Assembly (NCBI GenBank): GCA_014905635.1
Contig: JABVCE010000011.1
Coordinates: forward strand, 930,001 to 994,000
Source of the DNA: Scenedesmus sp. PABB004
Taxonomy: Eukaryota
DNA length: 64,000 nucleotides
Direction of reading: 5' to 3'
The notes under the pieces are model-generated. The model did no database searches, was not told where the DNA came from, and saw only the letters and a list, made by a program, of their open reading frames with translations. This document shows, in pieces, positions 53,601 to 64,000 of this stretch (positions are counted from its first letter, which is position 1; every line of letters begins with the position of its first letter). A program made the position numbers and the translations under genes.

Positions 53601-54527
53601 CGACGCTGGCCGACGACGCCGGCTTCAGGGCGGCCTGCAAGGTGGGCGCCGTGCGCGCGCGCCTCCCGGGTGCCGGCCCCAGGGGCCGGACGGCGCACGA
53701 TGGGCCCGGCTGCCGACCCCGCCCACTGCGCCCGCCCGCCCGCCCGCCCGCCCGCGGCACCAGTCCTTCCTGCAGGGCCAGCATGTGGGCGCCGAGGCCG
53801 GCGCGCGCGGCCCGCGCGTCGGCGGCGGCGCGTGCGAGGACGCGGCGGGCGCCAAGCTGGCGGCGCGGCTGTCGCCGATCAAGGACGCCGACAGCCAGCA
53901 GGTGCAGGCGCGGGTGGCGGGGCAGTTGGCTGCGAGCGCGCCGCCGCCCGCCCGCCGCCCGCCCGCCGCCTGCCAGCGCTCCGGCTCCGCACCCCGCCCG
54001 CCCCGCAGGTCGACGCCGCCGTGGCGCAGCTCACCGCCTGCCTGCGCGCGCACGGCGTGGGGCTGGAGCTGAGCAGGTCCGAGGGGGCCGGCAGCGCTCG
54101 GCACGCACGCGCGCGCGGCGCTGCCCCTGCCGGCCAAGTGCCGCGTCAGGCCGCGTCTGACGCCGAGGCCGCCGCCGCCAGGGTGGCCCCGTTTGTCTAT
54201 TACGCCGCGCCGGGCCGCAAGCTCCTGCGCATGCGCATGTCAAACGTTGGCGGCAGCCTGCTGGTCCGCACCGGCGGCGGCTATCTGGACCTGTTGGACG
54301 CCCTGGCCCGCCTGCCCGCGCCCCAGCCCGGCGCGCGCGGCGGCGACCCCCCGGGAGCGCGCCGCCCGCGCCGCGCTGGCCCGCGAGCGCGGCGGCGGGG
54401 GCGGCGCTCGCGGCCGAGCGCGACGGCTGCGCCGAGGCGGAGTGGGCGTGCGGGGGCGGCGGCCCCGGCGGCGACGCGGCGTGGATGGCGGTCGTGGCGG
54501 AGGGGCTGGAGCGGCTGCAGCTGGTGA
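50624..54527 (+). CDS. Large Ser/Pro/Ala-rich protein with a C-terminal GAS2/GAR-like motif. 3' end uncertain
   Basis: Spliceable exons. YYAAPGRKLLRMRM..LLVRTGGGYLDLLDAL resembles the GAR motif VMVRVGGGW..L..FL. Confidence 0.6.
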
Positions 54528-54666
54528 TGCAGGATGCGGTCAGCGCGCTGTGACGCAGGCCGGGGCGCGCGGTGCGGTGACCGCAGGAGGCGTCCAGGCG
54601 GGGGTGGTGGTGTGCCGAGCTGCTACATTGGTTGGGCGCGCGCTGAGTTTGAGCTGTTGCGCGCCG

Positions 54667-54670
<4 letters not shown>

Positions 54671-54698
<28 letters not shown>
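54671..54698 (+). repeat. (GGCA)7 microsatellite
   Basis: Read directly from the sequence. Confidence 0.9.
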
Positions 54699-54699
<1 letters not shown>

Positions 54700-54994
54700 C
54701 AACTTCATCGCACAAAGAGTACAGCAACAACTGTGTCCAGGCAGGCGCCTGCATCGGCGCGCACGCGCCAACCGGGAGGCTGGGGGCCCGTCCTCGGCAA
54801 CTGACGGGCTGCTGTGACGAGGCTGGATCAAAGCATTCGTGCCCGTCCGCCGCCGCCCGCGCTCGAGCCGAACACATACGCACCGCCTCACGCTGCAGTC
54901 GCACGGACCGGCTCGCGAGCGGGCCACCGACCAGCGGCGCTCCGCAGCTGCCTGCACGCGGCCTCGGCGAGCCCCTGTCCAGAGCGCCCGGCGC

Positions 54995-57148
54995 CTAGCG
55001 GGCGCGGCGCCCACGGCCGCCCACACGGCCGAGCGGCGCCGCCAGGCTGCTGCCACCAGGTGCCGCGGTGCGCTGCAGCCACCTGCAGAGGCGTCGGAGG
55101 GTGGGGCGGGGCGGGCGGCTGCGCGCGCGCGCGCCCCGGCCAGGCTGCAGGTGGGCCGGGCCGCGCGTGCGCCGTGCGCTGCGCACCTGCACTCGTCGGC
55201 GCTGTGGCTGCCGCTCCCTGCGTTGGCGGCACTGATGCACGGCGCACTGCAGAAGATGGCAACCCCGCGGCCCGGGCAGGGTGCCACACGCGCGCCGGGG
55301 CGCGGCAGCGCCACGCCGCAACCGTCGCACGCCGCGGGCGCGGGCAGTGGCGCTGCGCCGCACTCGCCGGCCGCGTGTGCAGCTGCCAGCGCCCGCAGCC
55401 ACTCGCCGGTGCTGTGCTGGCAACCGCCGCCCTCCGCGGTGCAGCTGCTGCGCAGCCACCAGACGCAGTCGGCGCCGGGAGTGTGGGCGCCGCCGCAGTC
55501 GCTGCCCTGCGGCGCTGCGCGGTGCGCCGCCGCGCTGCCCCTGCCTGCACCGCCGTCCAGCTCGCGTGGCGGCAGCGGCACGATGCCGTGCCAGCTGGGC
55601 AGCCGGATGCGCGCCAGGGCCTCCGCGCCCAGCGCGTCGCTCGCGGCCTCGGCGGCTGCGGCGCTGCGGCGACAGGCAGGGCGTGCCGGGTCAGAGCAGC
55701 GAGCGAGCAGCACGCGACGAGCAGCACGTGCGCTTGCGGGCAGCTGGCCGCTGAAGCACGCACACACCCGCCCCCGCGCCAGCCGCACCACGTGGCCGGG
55801 CAGTCGTAGCCGCCCCCAGCGCGCGCCACCTCGGCGTGCCAGGCGAGCACCCAGGCGCTGAGCGCGATGCGGCCGGCGACGTCTTGCCAGCAGTGCATCA
55901 GCAGCCGCGCCAGCTGCTCTGGCACGAGCTCCGCCGCCAGCGCCGCAAAGAAGGCGGGCACCGCGCTCCCTGCTGGGTGCGTCGCCAACTGCTCGAGCTC
56001 AGTCACAGCGGCTGCGCAGCGAGGCCCCGAGTCACGCGGCGCGGCAAGCTCCAGCAGTAGCAGCAGCGCCGCGGCCGCCAGCTGGTCCAGATCTGGCACG
56101 TCGGTTGCGCCCGCCTCGGCGTGCACGCCTTGCAGCACCAGCAGCAGCCGCAGCACCCGCTGCAGCGCCAGCAGGGGGCGCGCGAGGCCAGCAAGCTGCT
56201 GCCACGTCTCCGCGCGGCGCACGGCAAGCACAGCCGCAGATGGCACTGCCGCCGAGGACTGCTGCACTGCCTCATCACACCTGGCAAGCGCATAAATCAG
56301 CGCGCTTCGCAGCAGCCTCAGCATCTCCCACGTGGCTTGAAGTGGCTGTCGCGCGAGCGCGCTTGCCGCACCGGTCCAGCCCTGTGCTGGCGCCGCCTCG
56401 CTGGCCGGCTGCGCCGTGTTGGCCGGCTGCGTGGCCTGCTCGGCCAGCGCGGCCGCCAGCGCCGCCCCCACTGGCGCGCAGAGCGCCGTCAAGAGCGCGT
56501 CCAGCAGCTCCGCAGCGCGATCCATTGCATTCGCTCCACCATGGAGCCAGGCAGGCAGCAGCGCCACCAGCTGCGCCAGCAGCGCCGCCAGCCCCTGCTG
56601 CTCCGCCGGGCCTGCCGCAGCGCTGCAGCCGCTGCGCGCGCCGGCGCCGGCTGTGCCGCCGTTGGCAGCGGCGCCGGGCGGCGCGATCAGGAGCGCCTCC
56701 GCCCCGCCCGCACGCCCCTCGTCGCCACAATGTCGAAGAGCAACCAGGACGCGATGGTCGACGGCCTCGTGCTGGGCGCCGCGATCGGTGCGGCGGCCGC
56801 GCTGCGCCGCCGGCGGGCGGGCGTGGCGGCGCGCGCGCGCGCGGCGCGGCGCGCCGTGCCGGCGCGCGGTGCGCATGCGGCCGAGCATCCCCGCTGGCGC
56901 GGCCGCGCCCGCGCCCCGCAGGCCTCGGCCACGAGGCCATCCGCAAGGGCAACGACACCAAGTCGCGGCGGCCCGCACGCGACTCGTCGCAGCAGCCCCG
57001 CCGGCCGCGCCGCGGCGGACGCCGTAGGCCCGCCCGGACGCGGCCGCACGCCGCCGCGGGCGGAGCGGCCGTCGACGTCGCTCGCCAGCGTCACACGCAT
57101 GTACGCCGCTCCCACCAGCGGTGGGAGCGCCGTGGCCGCGGCACCCAT
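54995..57148 (-). CDS. Helical Ala/Leu-rich protein with a degenerate C-terminal MYND-like zinc finger. 5' end uncertain and carries an insertion
   Basis: Introns at 55664-55788 and 55083-55186. CDGC..CPGR..FCSAPC..H....C. Confidence 0.55.
56693..56966 (+). repeat. 274-bp inverted copy of 57795-58068 (5' UTR, exon 1, intron and start of exon 2 of the neighbouring small gene)
   Basis: No mismatches seen by eye. 828-bp spacer. Confidence 0.97.
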
Positions 57149-57669
57149 GGGTGCGGCCCGACTGCTGCCAAAGCTCGGCGACGCCGACGGCTGGCTGCCG
57201 CAGAGCCGCCGGGCCAGCTGGCCAGGCCTGGCTTGGGCTCAGGGAGGGCCCTCCAGGCCTGTGGCGGCTGCCCACCGCGCACGAGCGCGCGCTCGCGTCG
57301 CGAGGCCCGCGGCGCCCCGGGTGCGCGTCTGGCACCGCCCCGCGGGCCTGGCCTGGCGCGCCGCGCGACCTGCGTGCAGCGCGCTCGGCTGCTGCGCAGC
57401 TCGCAGCGGCGGGTGGGTGGTGGGAGTGAGAGCTGGCCGATCGAGATCGAGCTGGCTGAGCGCCGCGCAGCGCTGACCGCGGGGCGCGTGTTGCGGGCGG
57501 CGGCGCGTCCGACTTGCACGATTACTCAGCGCTCCCCGAGGTCATCAAAAACGGGGACGGCGGGTCACAAAAACGAGCCGGGCGGGCGCGCCCCGAGGGA
57601 AAATGGCGCCCCGATCCCCGCCGGTCAAGAGCGGGGCCAGCGGCGCCCGCGACCACCCACGCGTGCCGC

Positions 57670-58031
57670 TCAGCGGCGCAGGACCTTGTCCTTGAGCTTG
57701 CCAACCTGCTCGTTGATGCCGACCTTGTCGCCGACGATGACCGCGGCCTTCCACGCCAGCCCGAGCAGCGCGCCGGACAGCGCGCCATCGCCCAGCGACT
57801 TGGTGTCGTTGCCCTTGCGGATGGCCTCGTGGCCGAGGCCTGCGGGGCGCGGGCGCGGCCGCGCCAGCGGGGATGCTCGGCCGCATGCGCACCGCGCGCC
57901 GGCACGGCGCGCCGCGCCGCGCGCGCGCGCGCCGCCACGCCCGCCCGCCGGCGGCGCAGCGCGGCCGCCGCACCGATCGCGGCGCCCAGCACGAGGCCGT
58001 CGACCATCGCGTCCTGGTTGCTCTTCGACAT
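57670..58031 (-). CDS. Small 75-aa protein with glycine-zipper-like segments, 2 exons (57974-58031, 57670-57839)
   Basis: MSKSNQDAMVDGLVLGAAIG|LGHEAIRKGNDTKSLGDGALSGALLGLAWKAAVIVGDKVGINEQVGKLKDKVLRR*. Strong codon bias. Confidence 0.8.
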
Positions 58032-58843
58032 TGTGGCGACGAGGGGCGTGCGGGCGGGGCGGAGGCGCGTGGCGGTGCCAATGTGCTGCGGCGGGGGCGG
58101 CGGAATGGCGCACCGCGCCGCGTGCGCGGTGTTTCGGGTGCGCGTTACGGCTGACGTGGACCGGAACCCGAGCATCCGGCTGCAGCGCGGCGCACGCGCC
58201 CGCCCGGGCCGCGTGGGCTGCGCCCGCGGCGGCGCGCGGCCGCGGGCGCGGGCTGACAAGGCGGCGGGGCGCGGCGCGCGCGGGGCGGTGCGTCGGGCAT
58301 GCGGCACATCCCAGCTGTCGGGCGCCGCGCCCGGCGGCCGGGCGCGTGGCGCGGCGTCGCCGTACCCGCGATCTGCGTCGCGGCCGCCAGATCTGATGCC
58401 GCGGCGGCCAAACGCGGCGTCGCCGGATGGTCAACCGTGACACACCTCAGCGGCGCGCTGCGCAGCGCGGGCGCCGCGCCGCGCCGGTGCACCGGCCGCC
58501 GCCGCCGCCACGTGGCGGCGGCGGCGGCGCGGCGGCGGCGGCCGGCGAGCGCGGTGGCGGCGGGCCGCTGGCCTGCCGGGACTCCGCGGCGCGCCGGCCC
58601 GCCGCGCTCGGCTGCCGGTCGAGGACGGAGGCGCGGGGCGCGCGGCCGCCCAGCGCGCGGCCGCCTCAGCTCAGTCGATTGTTGCCGGCCGTCAGGAAAT
58701 CAATCACAGGCGGTGCAAGGCAGAAAGGAGGGTCATTTCGAGCGCCGCGCGCCGCCGCGCACGCCGCGCGGCGCCCGGCGCGGCCGCCCAGAGCTCGCCA
58801 CCCGCGCCCGCCCGCAGCCGCCGGCGCGCCCCCGCGGTGCCGC

Positions 58844-60631
58844 TCAGGCGTACTGCGCCTGGCCGCAGTAGTCGTAGCTGTACTGGTCGTCGTGCGTGAC
58901 CACCACCTGCGCGCGCGGGGCGAGGGCGCGGGGCGCGAGCGCGGGTCAGCCCGCCGCGCGCGCGGCGCGTGGAGCCCCGCCGCAGCCCGCCCGCGCGCGC
59001 GGCGCGCGGGCGCACCTTGGCCGGCGGCGCCTCGCCGTACGCGCCGCCCACCATCTGCTTGGGGTCGTACTTGTTGGACAGCTGCGCCGAGAGCTCCGGG
59101 TAGCCGCCCGCGGTGGTGCTGTACTGCACCTGCTCCAGGTTGAACGAGGCGTAGCCCGCGGCAAAGCACTCCTGCGCAACGTGCACGGGCGCGCGGGCGG
59201 GGGTCGGCCGAGGACGTGACGCAGCGGCGCGGCGCGGCGCGGGCGTGGCGCACGTTGATGATGAGCAGCGCGGCCGCGGCGTAGTCGCGCAGCACGCTGG
59301 TGTCCTTGATGAGTGTGAAGAGGCTGTTGTACACCGTCTGCTCCATCTCCTGGAACTGCGCGGCGGCGGCACACGGCGGCGGCGGCACACGGCGGCGGCG
59401 GCACACGGCGGCGGCGTCGCCAGCTGCGCGGGGCCGGCCCAGCCCGGCGCGCGGCTGCTGCGCGGCCGCGCCAGCCCGCGCCGCGCGCGCGCGTGCCTGG
59501 GACGCGGTGCGCTGCATCTTGTCTTCCTTGTGCTGCATCTTGCGCAGCGTGAGCTCCATGTCTGCCTCGCCGCGCGCGCGCGTGGTGCCGAGGTTGGCGC
59601 GCACGCGCTCGCAGCGGCCCTGCAGGTCCGCGACCGTGCGGCGGCGCGAGTCCAGCTCCAGGCGCAGCGCCTCCAGCCGCCGCATGCGCTCCTGCGCGCG
59701 CCGCCGGGCGCGCGGGTCGGGCGGCCGCGGCGCCCAGCCCGCCCGCGCGTGCGGGCGCCCCGCGGCCTGCGCCCGCCCGCCTGGCCGCCGCCGCCGCCGC
59801 CCGCCCCGCCCCGCCGCGCGGGCGCACCGCGATGGTGCGGTAGGCCACCATCCACTGCTTGATCGGCTGGATGACCTCCACGTCAAGCCGCTTCTTGGTC
59901 TCCGCGGCGGCGGTGGTCAGGCGCTCGACCTGCACGTCGCCGCCGACCATCGTCGGCTCCGGCTCGCTCGGCACCGCCGCGCCGCTGTGGCCCTCCTCGT
60001 ACACGCGCGGCAGCGGGGAGAGCATGATGGTGCGGATGTTGGTGAAGCTCGCTGGGGTGGTTTGCCGGGGGAAGGGCGGCGGCGCGGCGGCGGCGGCGGT
60101 GGCGGGGCGGGGCGGGTCGGCGGCGGCGCGCGCGGCCAGCCGTCGCCACGACCTGGCGCTGGCGCTGGCGCTGCCGCCCACTGCCACTGCTGCTGCTTCT
60201 CCTGGCCAGCGCCGCCTGCACGCGCCGCTCACACTCGATGTCCCGCTGCCACTGCCCGAGCTCCTTCTCCACCGTGCGCAGGTGCGCCGCGAACGTGGTC
60301 GCCTCCTTGAACATGGCCTCATTGCGGCCGTTGGTAGTGACCTGCGGCGCCGGGCGGGCTGGGAGGTCAGGCTGCCGCCAGCCGGCCCGGGCGGCCCCGC
60401 GCGGCACCGGCGCGCCAGAAACAGCAGCGGCGGCGCCGGGCCTGACCTTGAAGTGCTTCTCCATGCTCATGCCCCACTTCTGCTTGGCCTGCGCGCGCAT
60501 CGGACGGCGGGGAGCAGGCTCACGGGCGCCCGGGCGCGCCGGCTGGGCCGGGGCGGGGGGTCAATCCGATGCGCCCAGTGGCCGTTGCCGCCCCGCACCG
60601 TCTCGCTGACGAGCCGCCATCCCGTCGGCAT
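58844..60631 (-). CDS. Coiled-coil, BAR-domain-like protein, about 8 exons. Start could instead be at 60500
   Basis: Helical exons LDVEVIQPIKQW..ERMRRLEALRLELDSRRR..KMQHKEDK..FQEMEQ fit a BAR pattern. Confidence 0.7.
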
Positions 60632-60988
60632 ACCGGCGACGCGCGCCGGTCCAAGCCGGTGCGGGCGGCGACAGCAGCAGCCGCGTGGCGCAGGCGGGGG
60701 CGCGGGCAGCTGCGAGGAGCGGGCCGACCCTGCAGGAGGAACGGAGCCTACACCGGAGTGGGGGGTAACCGCGGGGCTCTGCTCGTGTCGCTGGCGGGGC
60801 AGCGGACGCGCAGGCAGCGGCGGCTCTGCGCCGCGCTGCGCCGCTCGGCCAAAAGCTGACACCGCGCCCGGGCTGCGCGCCTGCGCCGCGGTCCAGCGAT
60901 TGCACACCCTGAGCCCATCCGAGGCCGCCACCTGGATCACCCAGCGGCCGACGGGGCCCGTCCAGCCGCCCCCACGAGGCTCGCGCAC

Positions 60989-62060
60989 TCACTCCGCCGT
61001 CTCGGACGTCAGCGACTCCGCGGTTTCCAGCACAAACTCCTTGAGCGCCTCGAGCTCGCGCGCGCCTGCGCGGCGGCGCGGCGCGCCGGGTCGCGCAGCC
61101 GGCGGCGCGGCGGCGCGGCCGCGCGGCGCGGGGCGCGGCCGGGCGGCCGGGCGCGGGCGGGGCGCGGGGCGCACCCCTGTAGGACTTGACGTCCTCGCCC
61201 TTGTGATAAACCTTGAGCGTGGGGTAGCCCTTGATCTGCGCGGCGCGGCGCCGGCAGCGCGGGCGGGCGGGCGGGCTGGGCCGGGGCGCGCGCGGGCCGG
61301 GCCGGGGCGCCGGCGGCAGCGGCGCGCACGTCGGCGGCGGTGCAGATGTCGCGGTGCTCGGTGCAGTCGACGTGCGCGATCTTGACGGTGGGCGTGTCCT
61401 TGACCGCCTCCGCCAGCTCCTCCCAGGTCGGCGCGAGGCGCTTGCAGTGGCCTGGCCGTGGGCGGGAGGGGCGCGCGTTGCTCAGCGGTCTGCGACCGGA
61501 CGCCGCGCCGGCTGCGCCGCCGCGCGCCCGCGCGCGGCGCCACGCACCACACCACGGCGCGAAGAACTTGATGAAGTAGACGGAGCCGTCAGCCACCTGC
61601 GTCGGCGCGCGCGGCGGCGGGCAGCAGCGCGCTGGGGCGGCGCCGCGCCACGCCGCTGGCACGCCACGCTCGCACAGGGCTGCGAGACGCCAAGAATCAA
61701 CGATCACGCGTCACGGCGCGGCGGCTGCCCCCCCCACGGCGCCGGCTGAGCGGTGGGGGAGCGGGCGCAGGCTGATCCCGCCTTCTCTGCCGGCCTGGGC
61801 CGCCGCCCTCTGGCCTGGCGGCCCGCCGCAGCCGCCGTCCGAGCCGCCGGCGATGCAGCCGCGCACAGGCCCCGGCCGGGCGGCCAGGAGATCGATCTGG
61901 CGCTGCTGCGGGCGCGGCCATTCATGCGCGGCGCGGACACACCTCGCCACCGCACCTTCTCCTCAAAGTCGGAGGCCGTGAGCACGTTCACGGAGCCATC
62001 CGCGGACGCCAGGGCGACGGCCGCCAGCAGCAGGCACGCCACGAGCAGCTTGGAAGCCAT
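60989..62060 (-). CDS. Single-domain protein disulfide isomerase-like thioredoxin with signal peptide
   Basis: IKFFAPWCG|HCKRLAPTW, IAHVDC, IKGYPTL. No KDEL/HDEL. Confidence 0.93.
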
Positions 62061-62201
62061 GGCGGCGGCGAAGCAGCAGCGGTGGCGGCGGTTGCGGCTG
62101 GCGGGCTGCGACTCTGGGCGCGGGGAGTGAAGGCAGGGGACGCGACCGGCACTGACACCCGGCCGGGCCGGCGCTCGGCGGGCCAACGTGACGCGCGCGT
62201 T

Positions 62202-63749
62202 TCAAAGCGCCGCGGCCCAGGTCTCAAACTCGCGCATCAGCCGCGGCGCGTCGTCGACGAGCGCCGTCGCCGCGGCACGGGCGGCGGCCGCCGCCGCCGC
62301 GTAGCACGCGGGGTCGGCGAGCAGGCCGTCGATCGCGGCCGCCCACGCGGCGAGCGGCTGCGCGCCCGGCGGCGGCAGCACGCGCGCGCCCCAGTCCGGC
62401 GCCGCCGCGCCGCCGCCGCCGCCGCCGCCGCCGTGCGCGAGCGCGGCCGCGGGCAGCACGAGCGGCGCGATGGGCAGCACGCCCGCCGCGCAGCCCGCGG
62501 CCGCCTCGGCGAGCCCGCCCTGGTCGCTCACGAGCGTGGGCACGCCGCGCAGCGCCGCCTCAAAGACGACCATGCCAAACGCCTCGGCCCACAGGCTCGG
62601 CGCGAGCAACAGCGCGACATGGCGCAGCAGCGCGCCGACGTCGGGCGCGGGCGGCACGAGGCGCAGGTTGGGCAGCGCCGCGGCGCCCGCCTCGGCCGCG
62701 AGCCCCGCGTCGGCGCAGACGGCCAGGAAGTTGACGTGTGGCATCGCCGCCGCGAGCGCGATGACGAGGCGGCCGCCCTTCTCCGGCGTGAGCTTGAGGC
62801 AGCCCACGACGGGCTTGGCCGCCGGCGGCGCGCGCGCGGCCGCGGCGCGCGCGTCGTCGCGCGCCGCCGCCGCCGTCGCCGCCGCCGCAGGCCGGGCGCG
62901 GCGGCGGCCAGGGCAGCCGCGCGAGCTGCGCGGCGGCGCCGTCGGGGAAGGGCCCCCGCCCAAACGCGCCCCACGTCGCGTAGTGCGCGACGCGCACGCG
63001 GCGCGCCGCGAGGCCGAGCGGCGCGGCGTGCGCGGCGACGTAGCCCGCCACGAAGCGCGACACCGCGACCACGCCGCCGAGCGCGCCCCACGCCTCGAGC
63101 AGGCGCGGCGCGCGGCCCGCGCAGCCGACAGGGCCGAGCGGCAGGAAGTGCACGTTCTGCACGAGCACGAGCAGCCGCCCCGCGCCCAGCACCGCCGCGG
63201 CCGCCTCGAGCAGGCTCGGGCAGCCGGGCGCGAGCGGCGCCTGCGAGCCGTCCGCGTCGAGCATCACCCAGGCGCGGCCCTGCTGCGCCTGCTGCGCCTG
63301 CTGCGCCTGCTGCCGCTCGGCGGCGGTGGTGGCCCCGCAGCGCAGCAGCGCGGCCGCCTCGTCCAGCAGCCGCTGCGCGACCGGCGGCAGCCGCGGCGCC
63401 GGCTGCCCGGCGCCGCCGCCGGCGCGCGCATGGCGCCGAGCGCGTCCGCGAGCGCGCCCGCGGCGCTCGCCTCGGCGTCGGCCAGCGCGACGTGGTGCGC
63501 CAGCCCGCTCCGCCCGCCGCTGCGCCACACCGCGACGCCCTCGGCCGCCTCGCTGTACGCGAGCTGCGGCAGCGCGCCGAGCTGCATCGCCTCGTACAGC
63601 AGCTCCGCCTTGGGCGCCGCGTACACCAGGTGCACATCGTGGCCCGCCGCCGCGAGCGCCGCCGCGGCGCAGCGCCAGCCGTGGTCGCCGCCGGCGTAGT
63701 GCGCGCCGCCGGCGCCGCCCAGGCGCGTGCGCAGCAGCACGAAGCGCAT
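62202..63749 (-). CDS. GT-B glycosyltransferase (family 4-like), apparently intronless, with two frameshifts in this assembly
   Basis: ALAAAGHDVHLV (frame A), VQNVHFLPLGP..VVAVSRFV (frame B), PEKG..APSLWAEAFGMVVFEA..GVP..SDQGGLAE (frame A again). Confidence 0.75.
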
Positions 63750-64000
63750 CGCGCGGGGGCACGAGCGCCCGCTGCCTGGGGCGGCGCGCCGGGCGTCGGC
63801 AGCACGCTGACGTCGGGGGCAGCAGCCTGGCGGACGGCCGGGCGGCGGGCAGCGGCGGCGCGGCGGCGGGCAGTGGCGCGGCGCGGCGGGCGCTGCGGTT
63901 TGAGGGGCAGCAGCGGCCGCGCGCGGGCGCGCCGAGCAGGTGAACCCCGCTGCGGGTTGAAGGTCGCCACTTCACGCGGGTGCTGGCCGGAGAGCAGGTT

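Noticed and set aside
31266..59415. Short intronic tandem repeats (about 31300-31350, 52012-52066, 59366-59415)
   Set aside because: Ordinary slippage products of 3-4 copies with no shared sequence.

Overview
Gene-dense, extremely GC-rich eukaryotic nuclear DNA with many short introns. TGTAA polyadenylation signals, GTGCG/GTGAG donors and the gene set point to a chlorophycean green alga, probably Sphaeropleales (inference). About 21 protein-coding genes can be reconstructed by eye: a secreted Cys-rich protein with 12 tandem exon-intron units, an M48 peptidase, GH79, RbfA, a two-domain fasciclin, a desaturase-like protein, DUF1349, a double retropepsin-like aspartyl protease, a SET protein, hybrid cluster protein (HCP), a TMEM62-like metallophosphoesterase, an ABCC transporter, SRP receptor beta, GAS2-like, MYND-like and BAR-like proteins, a PDI-like thioredoxin, a GT4 glycosyltransferase and several unknown proteins. 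The most unusual signal is three independent, recent, locally templated copies of gene 5' regions (about 170, 270 and 1000 bp). Each contains intron sequence, sits 1-4 kb from its donor and is bounded by a short direct repeat, and two form long inverted repeats. GC-AG introns are also frequent. No RNA genes, CRISPR arrays or transposases were seen. Most long ORFs in the supplied track are GC-bias artefacts. Gene boundaries and domain names come from manual splicing and motif recognition, with no database search.
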